Origin: Azolla caroliniana
Lineage: Eukaryota > Plantae > Polypodiophyta
Assembly (NCBI GenBank): GCA_043228905.1
Contig: JBHGNT010000017.1
Location: forward strand, 14,136,001 to 14,200,000
Reading direction: 5' to 3'
DNA: 64,000 nt
Under the pieces are notes generated by a model. It worked only from the letters and a program-made list of their open reading frames with translations, was not told the origin of the DNA and ran no database searches. Both the position numbers and the translations under genes were made by a program. Shown in pieces: positions 12,169 to 23,773 of the stretch (positions within the stretch are counted from its first letter, which is position 1; every line of letters begins with the position of its first letter).

Positions 12169-15100
12169 ATGGAAGGCGGCGGTAGTGGGCCTCCGGGCAT
12201 GATGGTGTTGAACTCACAGAACTACGCCGATTGGAAGATAAAGATGGAAGACCTTCTCATCGTCCGAGACCTGTACGAACCGATCGACAATGCCGAGATA
12301 CCCAAGGGGGTAATAGAGTCGGAGTGGAAGCTCCTGAACCGGAAAGCCGTAGCGACGATCCGGCAATATGTCGATGTAAGTGTTCTGCAACATGTGGCGA
12401 ACGATACGAACGCCTATGAGATGTGGCAGAAGCTGTCCGGACTGTATGAGAGGAAGAATGCTCTGACCCGGACCTCCCTGATGAGGAAGATAGTGAATCT
12501 TAAGTACCGGGACGGCGAGAGCATGGTCGAACACGTCAGCACGTTCATGGGATTCGTGAACCAGCTTGCGGCGATCAAGTTCCCGTTGGATGACGCAATG
12601 CAAGCCATCATGCTGATGTGTACCCTTCCGGAGAGCTGGGAGAACTTGGTAGTTACTCTCAGCACCTCCTGTAAGGAAGAGAACTTGTCCTTGCTAACGG
12701 TAAAGACAAGTATTCTAAATGAAGAAGCGCGTCGGAGAGATAAAGAACCGGCCTCCGACTCGAAGGCGCTGCTTACCGAATCGGAACGGGGAAGACAACG
12801 GAACCGGAGTCCGCAAAGACGGGAGAAGTCGGGGACACGGTCGCAGTCGAGGGGAAGACCTACATGCTTCTACTGTGGGAAGCCGGGCCACTTCCAGAAG
12901 AACTGTCGGCATTTCCGGAAAGACAACGGAACCGACGGTACCGATTCGAAGAAGTCACCGGAGCGAAACGGTGCATACCGGGGAGCCACGGACCGGAGAG
13001 GTCCGGATCGGCGAGGGCAGGACCGGAAAGGAACGACGACACTCGCGGCAAGTGAAGAAGAGATAATGCTCATTACCGAAGAAAGGGAGCTGAACCTTGC
13101 CGGTGAAGAGATGACCTGGGTGGTCGATTCCGGAGCGTCGTTCCACCTGACCCCGGAGAAGAAATACTTCTCATCCTACACAGCCGGTGAGCACGGCTGT
13201 GTCCGGATGGGAAATGAAGGTACATGCCGGATTGCCGGCATAGGAGACGTGTGGCTGATGACATCAACCGGATGCAAGATGCTGCTGAAGGATGTCCGAC
13301 ACGTTCCGGAGGTTCGATTGAACGTGATTTCGGCCGGGAGGCTAGACGATGAAGGCTACACGGGTAGCATCCGGAACGGTGTCATGAAGTTCAGCAAAGG
13401 GAGCCTGATAGTGGCTCGGGCCCGGAAAGTCAACACACTGTACCTTATGAATGCCTGGTTGTGTCCGGAAGAGTTGAACGTGGCAGCCGACACTGCCGGT
13501 GAGCTGTGGCACAAGAGACTGTGCCACATGAGTGAGAAGGGGATGAAGAGGCTTGCAGAAGACAACCTTATTCCAGTGAAGCATGTGCACCTGGAGAAGT
13601 GTACCGACTGTCTGGCCAGTAAGCAAAACCGGACCTCCTTCCGCTCAAGGCCACCGACGAGACGTGGCGCACCATTGGAGTTGGTGCACACTGACGTGTG
13701 TCAAGTAGAAACGAAGTCACATGGCGGAGCCCAGTACTTCGTGACATTCATTGATGACCACAGCCGGAAGCTGTGGACGGCACCGTTGAAGACAAAGGAC
13801 CAAGTGTTGTGCGTCTTCAAAGAACTCCACGCGAGAGTGGAAAGGGAATCCGGCAAGAAGCTGAAAGCGATACGAGCGGATAACGGAGGGGAATACCGGG
13901 GGCAGTTCGCGGAGTACTGTCGCTCGAAGGGAATCCGGCTCGAGTTTACTGTGCCGAAGACGCCGGAACTGAACGGGCTGGCCGAGAGGATGAACCGGAC
14001 CATAATGGAGAGGGTCCGGAGTATGCTGGCGCATGCGAAATTACCCAAGGGATTTTGGGCTGAGGCAATGTCGACGGCGACATACGTGATAAACAGATCA
14101 CCCTCAGTACCTTTGGACGGAGACACGCCGCAGAGAGTGTGGACCGGTAGGGAAGTATCCTACCGGCATCTGAAGGTGTTCGGGTGTCTCGCATACGTGC
14201 ATGTGGCAAAGGACCGGAGAGGAAAGCTAGATCCAAAGACCCGGCCATGCATATTCCTCGGTTACGGCGATGACGAGTTCGGCTACCGAGTATGGGACCC
14301 GGTCGACAAGAAGATATTCAGGAGTCGAGATATCATCTTCATGGAGGACAAGACATTCGCTGACTGGGAGTCGGAGAAGAAGATGAAGAGCTCCAAGTCG
14401 ACCGGTGAGGATCAACTCTACGAGGAGCAGTCCCGACCGGCAAGAGACCGGTTAGCACTCGAGGATCCGGCCGAAGACGGTGAAGAAACAGAACCGGCCG
14501 AGGAAGATGAAACTGATACCGGAACCGGTCCCGATCCCGAAATGGATTCGGATGAAGAAGAAACGGAAGAGCCGGTTACCGAAGCTCCGGAACGGAGATA
14601 TCCTCTAAGAGAGAGAAGGGCCCCCCGGAGATTTCCGGAACCAGAGCACGTGCTGCTAACCGACGAGGGGGAGCCGGAGAGTTTTGAAGAAGCAAAGCTT
14701 GACACCCATAGCCGCAGGTGGTTAAGTGCCATGCAGGAGGAGATGGATTCCCTACATGAGAACCACACATATGAACTTGTGGAGTTGCCGAAAGGAAAGC
14801 GGGCACTTCGAAACAAGTGGGTGTTCAAGCTGAAACCGGGAGATGCCGGAAACCCCCCGAGATACAAAGCCAGGATCGTGGTGAAGGGGTTCCAGCAGAA
14901 GAAGGGCGTCGACTTCGACGAGATATTTGCCCCGGTAGTGAAGATGACCTCCATCCGGACGGTGCTGAGCATAGCGGCAAGCATGGACCTCGAGGTAGAA
15001 CAGATGGACGTGAAGACGGCATTCCTTCACGGTGACCTCGAAGAAGAGATCTACATGCAGCAACCGGAAGGATTCGAGAAGAAAGGGAAGGAGCACCTGG

Positions 15101-15218
15101 TATGCCGGCTGAAGAAGAGCCTTTACGGACTGAAGCAGGCTCCCCGGCAATGGTACCGGAAGTTCGACTCTTTCATGACCAACGAAGGGTACCACAAAAT
15201 GCAGTCCGATCACTGCGT
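12169..15218 (+). CDS. Copia gag-pol, part 1 (Gag, CCHC, protease, integrase, RT N-terminus)
   Basis: CFYCGKPGHFQKNC, WVVDSGAS, LWHKRLCH, LVHTD..FIDD..DNGGEY..NGLAERMNRT, QMDVKTAFLHG. Confidence 0.95.
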
Positions 15219-15671
15219 TGTCGCGAAGATTCGCGCGTGCGTGTGCTACTCGAGCGACCACCGGGGTCTTGGACTGGGGAGGATGTTCGCGGAATTATCG
15301 AAGAGATGACGATCAATGTAAGATTAGACGGAATTTGTTCACTTGAGAAGAAGAAAGCTTGTACACTTGAGAAGTAGAAAATAATGAAGAAGATAAAGAC
15401 AAATATAATTATATTGATGATAATGGTGTTGGTGATATCACATATTGAGCCCCCCTTACACAAGCCCAACTAGAGGCTTTTATAGGTATTTCCATGCTCG
15501 TGACATGCACATAACCATGGGCTAAAACCATGGTTTTGTGCACACGGTTTTGCTTATGTCATGCACAAACCATGGGTTTAAAACCATGGTTTTGTGCACA
15601 TGGTTTTCTATGGTTGTTTCGTCTATAATTTGTATATGAAAAGGAAATACATAAAATCTACACTATATGAT

Positions 15672-15735
15672 AGTTGTCCTAGTGGTAAGGCAATTATCTT
15701 GTATCTTAGAGGTGCAAGGTTCAATCCTTGCTTGC
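15672..15735 (+). promoter_or_regulatory. tRNA-derived A-box/B-box cassette in the LTR (second copy at 18537-18600)
   Basis: A-box-like TGTCCTAGTGG at 15675-15685, and B-box-like GGTTCAATCC at 15718-15727 within the hairpin GCAAGG-TTCAAT-CCTTGC. No acceptor stem. Confidence 0.65.
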
Positions 15736-15936
15736 ACCCCTCTGTATGAACTCAAGTGCCACTAGGCTAGGTTTATTTGCTAAGTGCATGTGCAATGTTG
15801 CACATCCTTGGTTTATTCATCTCACTCGGTTTCACACCGTAGCCGAAAATCGTCACGACATCCACCCCCACCAAACCCGCACATCCTCCGGTATGTGCCG
15901 AGAAAGGTGAAGAGGTGAGATCTTTGGCAACGGTGA

Positions 15937-18039
15937 TCAACCGAGTTCCTCGTCTGACTTTGTCTTCCACTTCGAGTATGCGCAATCTTTCCAACCGAAC
16001 CACCGTAGCCACCCGATCCACCATATCCGGCGCTCACACCTTCTTCCCCGATCGGTTGTAGTAGATCTACCGAACGATGTCGTCGATACGACCGCTCTTC
16101 CTTCGTCCACCGCGCGTGTCCTTCGATTGGACTCCTGGCCACTCCTCACGCTCACCGTCTTCAACTGGGTATTGTAGATCGTTCGTGTCGATCTCCGATT
16201 AGGCCGGGTTTGCCCTTGTCCGGATCGGTCTCCACCGATCGCTTCTTGGCTTGGTTGGCCTTCGTCTGCATTCACATTTCCCCGAGTCGGGCTCGACTGA
16301 TTGATTCTGGCTGGGTCGGCCCCGTTTTGGATCGGAATCGTCCGATCGATTTTCGCCGAATCAGGTTTCGGCCGGGTCGGCCCCGGTCGATCGGCTCCCA
16401 TGTGGATCTTCCTTCGTTCGGGTCGGAATCCCGGCCGGATCGTCTTCCGGTTCAACCGGTTCTCGACTCTTCCTTCCTTCCCGCATGCAACCTCTCCATC
16501 GAACTCAACCGCAGCTTCATCCTTGGCCTCCACATCGGCCATATCCTTCCCTCCATGTATGCTCGCCGCGAGCCATATTGTCTCCTCTTCGCCACCTCCT
16601 TTATCTTCGGTCTTATGTCGACACACGGTCTCGACTGCCGAAGTCTCCGGAACCAGTGTGAAGGAATCCCTTCGTTCATTTACATTTACCTTGTCTTCTT
16701 CATCGCCCTTCCGGTCGGCCTCTTTTTTGTCCACACATTCTGTCTCTCCGGTCTCACGTTGGTGCACGTGCACAACCGCCGAAGTCTCTAGAATAGGTGT
16801 GGGGATATCCTTTCTTCCTCGATCTTCTTCCTCCTTGTGTTGGGCCTTCGTCTTCCCGTCACCACCTTCCGTCTCTCCGGTCTCACGTTGGCACATGGGC
16901 GCAACCGCCGAAGTCTCTGGAACAAGCGTGAAGAAAGTGTCGACATGGCTATCCGTCGTCGACTCATCCATAGCCACCTCCGACTCGATGTCGTTTGTCA
17001 TGGCTACCTCCTCAATCTCTTCAGACTCAAACACTTTTTCTCCCTCGATCATGCAAGCTTTTCTCATGCTTGCGCCGTCATCACCCGATGTTTCGTACAC
17101 AATGCGTGTTCCGAAACATTTATCCTCCCTCGAAGTGGCGTTCGCCGTCCTCGAGTCATCGGCCTTCTCCTTCGCCGTCGTTTCTTTGTAAGACAAGAAG
17201 GTGACTTGTTTCACACCTTCTCTCTCAGTACCGTCATACCGAACGAGAGCCTTTGTATCGGCCACTTCATTAACCCGCATTTGTTGGGAGGTCTCTTCTT
17301 CCTCGATCACCATTCGCCTCGGTTTTGTCTCCCTTCTAAGCTTCATTTCTTTTGTTGGTGGTGCGTTGTTGCATCTCGTCCCTCTTCGATCGTCCCTCAT
17401 GGGCCGTCTTGTTGTCATCGATATTCTCGCTTGCCCCTTATCGTGTAGTCGGCATACACTTTCCACTTTGCTCCAATCCTCGATGAGGCCATTTGCACCA
17501 TCATCTTCTTCGAGTTTGAGACCGATCGCCATCCTTTCCATTCGATCGATTGACTTCACGAACATAAGGACCTTATCGACCCCCACCAATCTTTGTTCCC
17601 GCTCCGACAATTGAGAAAAATGATGCTCGAAGTCTACGAATGCTTGTGTCGCACCTTGGTAGGTCTTCGCTGATGTCACCCATTGGTCGAAGTTGCGTCG
17701 ATCTTGTCCCTTTAGTCTCTCATAGTCATATTCCTCCAATAGAGCCTTCTCGAAAGTCGCCCACGAATCATGAGCTTCTAGAAGCTCTTCTACATCTTTG
17801 AAGATCGGTTGAGACACCACCCGACAAAAGTACTCCAGCCTCATAGCTTTGTCCACACCTCTTGAATCCATCTCCGCATTGTAGACTTTTAGGAAACTTT
17901 GGACTTCGGCACCGTTGAAATAGCTCATTCGTTCGACTACTTTGTCGACGGCTTGTTGGGCTTCATTTCTTCTTTTCTCTTCTCTCAGAAACTCCATCAT
18001 CCTTCTTGACATTGCCTCCATGAGATATTCGCCATCCAT
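15937..18039 (-). CDS. 700-aa ORF: Gag-like N-terminus and long low-complexity C-terminus with three ETSAV repeats
   Basis: FNGAEVQSFL..Y and SWATFEKALLEEY resemble Ty3/gypsy capsid N-domain motifs. The ORF starts just after the PBS and fills the internal region. No protease, RT, integrase or CCHC motif is visible. Confidence 0.7.
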   Translation of the reverse strand: MDGEYLMEAMSRRMMEFLREEKRRNEAQQAVDKVVERMSYFNGAEVQSFLKVYNAEMDSRGVDKAMRLEYFCRVVSQPIFKDVEELLEAHDSWATFEKALLEEYDYERLKGQDRRNFDQWVTSAKTYQGATQAFVDFEHHFSQLSEREQRLVGVDKVLMFVKSIDRMERMAIGLKLEEDDGANGLIEDWSKVESVCRLHDKGQARISMTTRRPMRDDRRGTRCNNAPPTKEMKLRRETKPRRMVIEEEETSQQMRVNEVADTKALVRYDGTEREGVKQVTFLSYKETTAKEKADDSRTANATSREDKCFGTRIVYETSGDDGASMRKACMIEGEKVFESEEIEEVAMTNDIESEVAMDESTTDSHVDTFFTLVPETSAVAPMCQRETGETEGGDGKTKAQHKEEEDRGRKDIPTPILETSAVVHVHQRETGETECVDKKEADRKGDEEDKVNVNERRDSFTLVPETSAVETVCRHKTEDKGGGEEETIWLAASIHGGKDMADVEAKDEAAVEFDGEVACGKEGRVENRLNRKTIRPGFRPERRKIHMGADRPGPTRPKPDSAKIDRTIPIQNGADPARINQSSPTRGNVNADEGQPSQEAIGGDRSGQGQTRPNRRSTRTIYNTQLKTVSVRSGQESNRRTRAVDEGRAVVSTTSFGRSTTTDRGRRCERRIWWIGWLRWFGWKDCAYSKWKTKSDEELG

Positions 18040-18060
18040 CTTTGTCCTCCCCTACTGCTC

Positions 18061-18078
18061 TTCACGTCGGGTTCACCA
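18061..18078 (-). promoter_or_regulatory. Primer-binding site complementary to tRNA-Trp
   Basis: Plus-strand TTCACGTCGGGTTCACCA equals the 3'-terminal 18 nt of plant cytosolic tRNA-Trp as I recall it. It lies 5 nt from the LTR. Confidence 0.88.
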
Positions 18079-18729
18079 AATGATGTCGCGAAGATTCGCG
18101 CGTGCGTGTGCTACTCGAGCGACCACCGGGGTCTTGGACTGGGGAGGATGTTCGCGGAATTATCGAAGAGATGACGATCAATGTAAGATTAGACGGAATT
18201 TGTTCACTTGAGAAGAAGAAAGCTTGTACACTTGAGAAGTAGAAAATAATGAAGAAGATAAAGACAAATATAATTATATTGATGATAATGGTGTTGGTGA
18301 TATCACATATTGAGCCCCCCTTACACAAGCCCAACTAGAGGCTTTTATAGGTATTTCCATGCTCGTGACATGCACATAACCATGGGCTAAAACCATGGTT
18401 TTGTGCACACGGTTTTGCTTATGTCATGCACAAACCATGGGTTTAAAACCATGGTTTTGTGCACATGGTTTTCTATGGTTGTTTCGTCTATAATTTGTAT
18501 ATGAAAAGGAAATACATAAAATCTACACTATATGATAGTTGTCCTAGTGGTAAGGCAATTATCTTGTATCTTAGAGGTGCAAGGTTCAATCCTTGCTTGC
18601 ACCCCTCTGTATGAACTCAAGTGCCACTAGGCTAGGTTTATTTGCTAAGTGCATGTGCAATGTTGCACATCCTTGGTTTATTCATCTCACTCGGTTTCAC
18701 ACCGTAGCCGAAAATCGTCACGACAGTGT

Positions 18730-19753
18730 GTTTGTGAAGAAGTTCGAAGGAGGAGACTCTCTTATACTCCTCCTGTACGTGGACGACATGTTGATCGTCG
18801 GACGGGACCAGGTCAAGATACGGATGCTGAAGAAAGCGCTTCACCGAACCTTCTCAATGAAGGACCTGGGTCCGGCGAGGCAAATACTAGGGATGCACAT
18901 CATCCGGGACCGGAAGAAGAAGCAGTTGTGGCTGTCACAGGAGAAGTACGTGACAAAGGTGCTTCAACGGTTCAACATGTCGGAAGCAAGACCGGTCGGG
19001 TCAACCCTCCCGGCAAACTGCAAGTTGTCCAGCAAGCAAAGCCCCAAGACAAAGGCTGAGAAGGAGGACATGATGAAAGTACCATATGCCTCTGCCGTCG
19101 GAAGCTTGATGTACGCAATGGTGTGTACAAGACCGGACATAGGATATGCAGTCGGAGTGGTGAGCCGGTATATGAGCAATCCCGGCAAAGAGCACTGGAA
19201 CGCGGCCAAGTGGATACTCCGATACCTGAAGGGTACGACAAACGTGTGCCTCCGATTCGGCTCCGGTAAGCCCGAACTCGACGGCTTTACCGATTCGGAT
19301 ATGTCAGCTGATGCAGATACCAGCCGGTCCACATCAGGGTATGTGATGACGTATGCAAGGGGAGCTGTTTCGTGGCAGTCGAGGCTGCAGAAGATGGTTG
19401 CGTTGTCAACCACGGAGGCGGAGTACATGGCGGCTGTTGAAGCCGGCAAGGAAATGATATGGATGAAGGACTTCATTAGAGAGCTCGGTATCCGGCAGGA
19501 GGAGTACCGACTCTACTGCGACAGTCAGAGTGTCATCCACCTTGCGAAGAACGCGGCCTATCACTCCCGGACGAAGCACATCCAGCGAAGATATCACTAG
19601 ATCCGGGAAAGGATAGAAGACCAGGAGTTCGTGCTGACGAAGATCCACACGGACGAGAACGGGTCAGATATGCTGACCAAAGTGCTCGCACCCGACAAGC
19701 TGGAAGCGTGCCGGAAGAGGATCGGATTGGAGAGACATCCCATGCCGAAGTGA
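18730..19753 (+). pseudogene. Copia gag-pol, part 2 (RT and RNase H) with a premature TAG at 19598-19600
   Basis: LYVDDML, FTDSD, STTEAEY, CDSQS, RTKHIQRRYH*. The stop replaces the usual Trp and the frame continues to TGA at 19751-19753. Removing the nested element restores SDHCVFVKK. Confidence 0.92.
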
Positions 19754-19763
19754 AGGGGGAGTT

Positions 19764-20353
19764 TGTTGGGATTACGGTCCCTCCGGATGGGATGGTCGGA
19801 TGTCCGGGAATCGGATGACGAAGACCCCGGCTACGGAGCCGGATGACGAAGACCCCGGCTACAGAGCCGGATGACGAAGTATGTACCCGGAGAGAGATCC
19901 GGATGCGGGGACATATTTGTGAATATGTTTGCCAAGGGCCCTTGAGGCTATATTTGTAAATAGCCCGAAAGTCATATGTGTATAAATATGACTTAGGGCA
20001 AACAGTTTTGTTGTTGTTACTCTTTTTTCTGGTTTTCCACTTAGAGGGAGCTAAGTGAGCAGCCGAGAGAGAGAGAGAGAGAGAGACGAAGAGGTCGTTG
20101 CCTCTGTGTATTACCGCCGCCTGTGGCGAAGACAGTGAGCTCAAGGTTGTTGCCTTGTAGCTGCACCATTGTACATCTCTGTTCATAGTGATAGTTGGAG
20201 TTTGAGGACTCCCGTGGTTTTTCCCATTTAGGGTTTTTCACGTAAAACATCCTGTGCACTCTTCTCTCTATTGTCTTCGTGCATTGTGTATTTCCTGTTT
20301 TTTGTGAGTTGATCCTATTCCTCGGTTGTGGCCGAGCACTGCCTTTTTTAACA
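19764..20353 (+). repeat. 3' LTR of the Tork-like copia
   Basis: Near-identical to 11546-12137 and preceded by the PPT GAAGTGAAGGGGGAG. Confidence 0.95.
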
Positions 20354-22110
20354 GCATAGTCAATTGCCATTTGAACATTTAAAATATTATGTAAAATGTC
20401 TCTTTTTGCTAAAAACCCATATTGAGCATTATGAATAATAGAAGGTAAAACCTTATGCAACCTATTGGCCATCACTTTTGCAAAAATCTTGTACATTCCC
20501 CCCATCAATGAAATAAGCCTCCATTGAGCAAAGGAAGATGGAGAAGGCACCTTCGGCAAAAGCTTGATCAAACCAATCTTCCAAGAATGAGGCATTTCCC
20601 CTGATGTCCACACCTTCTGAAATAAAATCGTAAAAGGCCCCTTTAACTTAATCACATATTTCTTAAAGAGTTCATGAGTTAATTCATCCCACCCATGACT
20701 CTTATCATTAGCAAGATGTGACATGACATGTTCCACCTCATCCTCTGAAATATTAGCATCTAATGATTGTGCCACATCATGCGATACATGATTTTTCACT
20801 CCATTAAAAAATACATCTCTATCTTTTTTAACATTATCATCGATACACACTTGTACATCCAACAATTGTGTATAATATTCTATGCATTTCTTCACAATTT
20901 CTTGAGGATCGGAACACATGATACCATTTTCCTCTAACCTTACCACATTATGTCGTGCATGTGATTCATGAAGGTCATGGAAAAACTTATGTGATTGACA
21001 ATTAGCATCATCCACTTCTTGTCTTAGACGATGTAGTCTAACATGTTGATAATTTTTTGTCATTAGGTCATGCATCGCAGAAATTAATACCTCTTGATAT
21101 CCCATCAACTCTACATCCGTTGGCCAATAAGTTAACAATGAGTTGCATTTATCAAGCAAATTAACTAGGAGACTTAATTTCTTTCTCCTTTTAAAAGCAT
21201 GGTGAATTCCATAATATCTAGTTAACCTCTGAACATTTGCAACAAATACTTCCCACACTTCATACCCATCAAATTGAACACGATAGGCAAATGCATCAAT
21301 CAATTGACACATATAGGCATGGAAGACCTCATGATCCAAAAATGATGAATTAAAAATCAACGGTGGTTTTCCTAAAAACTCATGAAAACCTCTAATTGAG
21401 TGGTGAATGAACTCAAAAATTAATGGGAAATGATCTGATATAATTGACCCATAAGACACTGAAATATCCAAAATCTCTGGTAAAAAACCTTTGGTATGCA
21501 TTACATACATTCGATCCAACCTACTCCAAGTATCCTTATATTGAGCCGATTGAAAGGTATAACCAGGTTCATCTCCCTTGATCCATTTCCATACATCCCT
21601 TAACATGACTTCAATCTCAAAATCTCCCCATTCTTGAGCCTCTGGTCCATCCATAATAGAGTGGATAGATGTTAATTGATCTGTCTCACAACAAACATTA
21701 AAATCTCCCATCAATAAACCCGGTCTACCATTATGAAGCGCTAAGTTTAGAGATCTCCATAACAACTTTCGTTCTTGTGAAATATTTGATGCATACACAC
21801 CAACTAACCAAATAGCTTGCCCTTCATAACATATCTCTACCACAATAAATCTTCCAAATTCATTTGAAACAATTACTTTTGGGTGAAATTTATCTCTTAT
21901 AAACATGACAATCCCAGAATAATCCCCATGAACCTTGCCAACATAACATAATGTATAACCCTTAGAATAACTAATTAAACCAGCATTCCGATGATCTTTA
22001 TGCTCTACTACACATAAAACATCCCATTGCTCACTTAACACAATCCTCCAAACCTCATGCATTCTAAATCTAGAACACAATCCCCTCACATTCCATGTGG
22101 TGATCTTCAT
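20354..22110 (-). CDS. L1 ORF2, 5' half (APE endonuclease and start of RT), interrupted by the copia
   Basis: TWNVRGL, GDFN, SRLDR, SDHFP and WRLISL..YKIFAK motifs. It ends at QMAIDYA at the copia TSD. Confidence 0.9.
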
Positions 22111-23432
22111 ACTTTATTTTTTCCTTTTATTCGAGAAATCTCCTTCTCCTTCACTGCTAATGTTTCTGCCATATCCTGAAATAAATCCCCTAAGATTGCA
22201 TATGAATTACTATGGGAATGCAAAACTCCAGACCCCGATGGCCCCTCATGTGAACAAGGCACCGATTTCCGTTTATTCCAAGGAACATACAAATTACCTT
22301 TATTATCAAAAGATAATTTCTTTGGATAGTCCTCTTGACGAGCCCATGGTTTATTCCGCATGGGATGTGTCGGTGTGACCTTCTCCATAGATACATTATG
22401 CCCAACATTTTTATTAGACTTCTTCATCTTTCCAGAAACTATTGACCATTGTCCTTCATCCTCTAGAGTCTTTCCATCCTTCTCATTCACAATTTGTGGT
22501 TCCTTTGTTTGCTCTGAAATTGTCAAATCTTGAATCCGATCATGAGTTGTAGGCTCTTCATGTACCACTTCCACTACATTATTTCTTTTTTGAGGACATT
22601 CAGCCATAAAATGCCCCAACACACCACAATGGAAACAATGTCTTGCAAATGTACCCCATTTAAGCCGAAAATACATATGTGGCATACCAGAACATGCAAT
22701 CTGTAAACAATTTGGCCTCTTTATAGCAGTATTCCAAAGAATACACATCCGATATCGATTTTGAGCATTAGCACTAGGAGGCACCAAGATCTTTCCCAAC
22801 TTTTCCATCGCTGACCGTAATATTGGCCAAACCACTGAATATGTGCACTCTACCTCAACCCATACGGGACACTCTTGCTTTAATATATCTTGATATTCCA
22901 CTAATGGTCTCCACGGAACAATATGAACCAAACTTTTCTCATAAAAAACTGGCAATTTATTGAGTAATTTCTCTTTATACTCTTGTGATACCAAAACAAC
23001 CTCATAAAATCCACGAGGACCAGCATAAACATCCTGAACACAATCAGCTTGTAAAATCCCACGTAACCATTGTTTGACCCTCCAAAGGAAAGGTATCTTT
23101 CCCGTGAAAAACAATATGACCCCTTTATCACAAAAATTAGCAAGTGAGCCCAAAAACTCCTTATTGTCTATTTCTACCTTAGCCACTTCATCGTCAACAA
23201 ACTCCTCAGTAACTTTCACATTCTCCCTTATACAATCTTCCATTAATATATTTGCCATGCATCTTAAATGTTCCCAATGACTATCATCTTTCTCAATATC
23301 ATCTTGTCGCATTGCATCAACATAAGACATGTCATTACTATTATCTCCAATACATCGTTTTTTTACCATCCCCTCTTGGGCTTGATACTGACTCAACCAT
23401 GCACGCATCCTTTGAAGAATTTGGAGACTCAT
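22107..23432 (-). CDS. L1 ORF1 (441 aa; DUF4283-like RNA-binding region and CCHC knuckle)
   Basis: Plant L1 ORF1 layout: VHIVPW, PVWVEV, CFHCGVLGHFMAEC. Its stop overlaps the ORF2 start as ATGA. Confidence 0.85.
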   Translation of the reverse strand: MSLQILQRMRAWLSQYQAQEGMVKKRCIGDNSNDMSYVDAMRQDDIEKDDSHWEHLRCMANILMEDCIRENVKVTEEFVDDEVAKVEIDNKEFLGSLANFCDKGVILFFTGKIPFLWRVKQWLRGILQADCVQDVYAGPRGFYEVVLVSQEYKEKLLNKLPVFYEKSLVHIVPWRPLVEYQDILKQECPVWVEVECTYSVVWPILRSAMEKLGKILVPPSANAQNRYRMCILWNTAIKRPNCLQIACSGMPHMYFRLKWGTFARHCFHCGVLGHFMAECPQKRNNVVEVVHEEPTTHDRIQDLTISEQTKEPQIVNEKDGKTLEDEGQWSIVSGKMKKSNKNVGHNVSMEKVTPTHPMRNKPWARQEDYPKKLSFDNKGNLYVPWNKRKSVPCSHEGPSGSGVLHSHSNSYAILGDLFQDMAETLAVKEKEISRIKGKNKV

Positions 23433-23677
23433 CCATATTCATAAAAACACTACCATTCATATGACAAGAAATAGGAGAGAGTTCACTTACAAGTAATTGT
23501 GTTAGAGAAGGAATCAAAGCAAGCGATCATGAGATGCATGCAGTGGAATGGAATTTTTACTCGTAACGTTCTAAAAAGACCTCCGAATGATACGAATGGT
23601 ACTCTTTAGAAAGCTCTATGTGCAGGCTTCGAAACGAGCTAAAGAACAAAGGAAACGGACACCGTAGCAAGAAGATA

Positions 23678-23727
23678 CATCAAAATTAGTGTTTGCCCTT
23701 CTCCAACATCTCCGAACTTTGCGTTTT

Positions 23728-23773
<46 letters not shown>

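Larger units (their letters stand above)
15219..18725 (-). mobile_element. Non-autonomous LTR retrotransposon (3507 bp): one Gag-like ORF, no pol
   Basis: 642-bp LTRs at 15219-15860 and 18084-18725 with no difference seen by eye. Termini TGTCG...CGACA, 4-bp TSD GCGT/GTGT, tRNA-Trp PBS at 18061-18078, and a G-rich PPT-like tract at 15861-15880. Confidence 0.93.
11546..20353 (+). mobile_element. Ty1/copia LTR retrotransposon, Tnt1/Tork-like, complete apart from a nested insertion and one late stop
   Basis: LTRs 11546-12137 and 19764-20353 (TG...CA) differ by about 3 substitutions and one GA unit. TSD GCATA at 11541-11545 and 20354-20358, PBS TGGTATCAGAGC at 12141-12152, PPT at 19747-19761. Confidence 0.97.
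9333..23728 (-). mobile_element. Full-length L1-clade LINE (~5.6 kb once the nested copia is removed), inserted in a (TC)n microsatellite
   Basis: ORF1 plus EN-RT-zinc finger ORF2, a short A tail at 9333-9336, and both ends abutting TCTTC(TC)n (9306-9332 and from 23729), consistent with a TSD. Confidence 0.9.

Noticed and set aside
16210-17614. Long plus-strand ORFs inside the Gag-only element
   Set aside because: Antisense shadows of the 700-aa ORF with no recognisable motifs.
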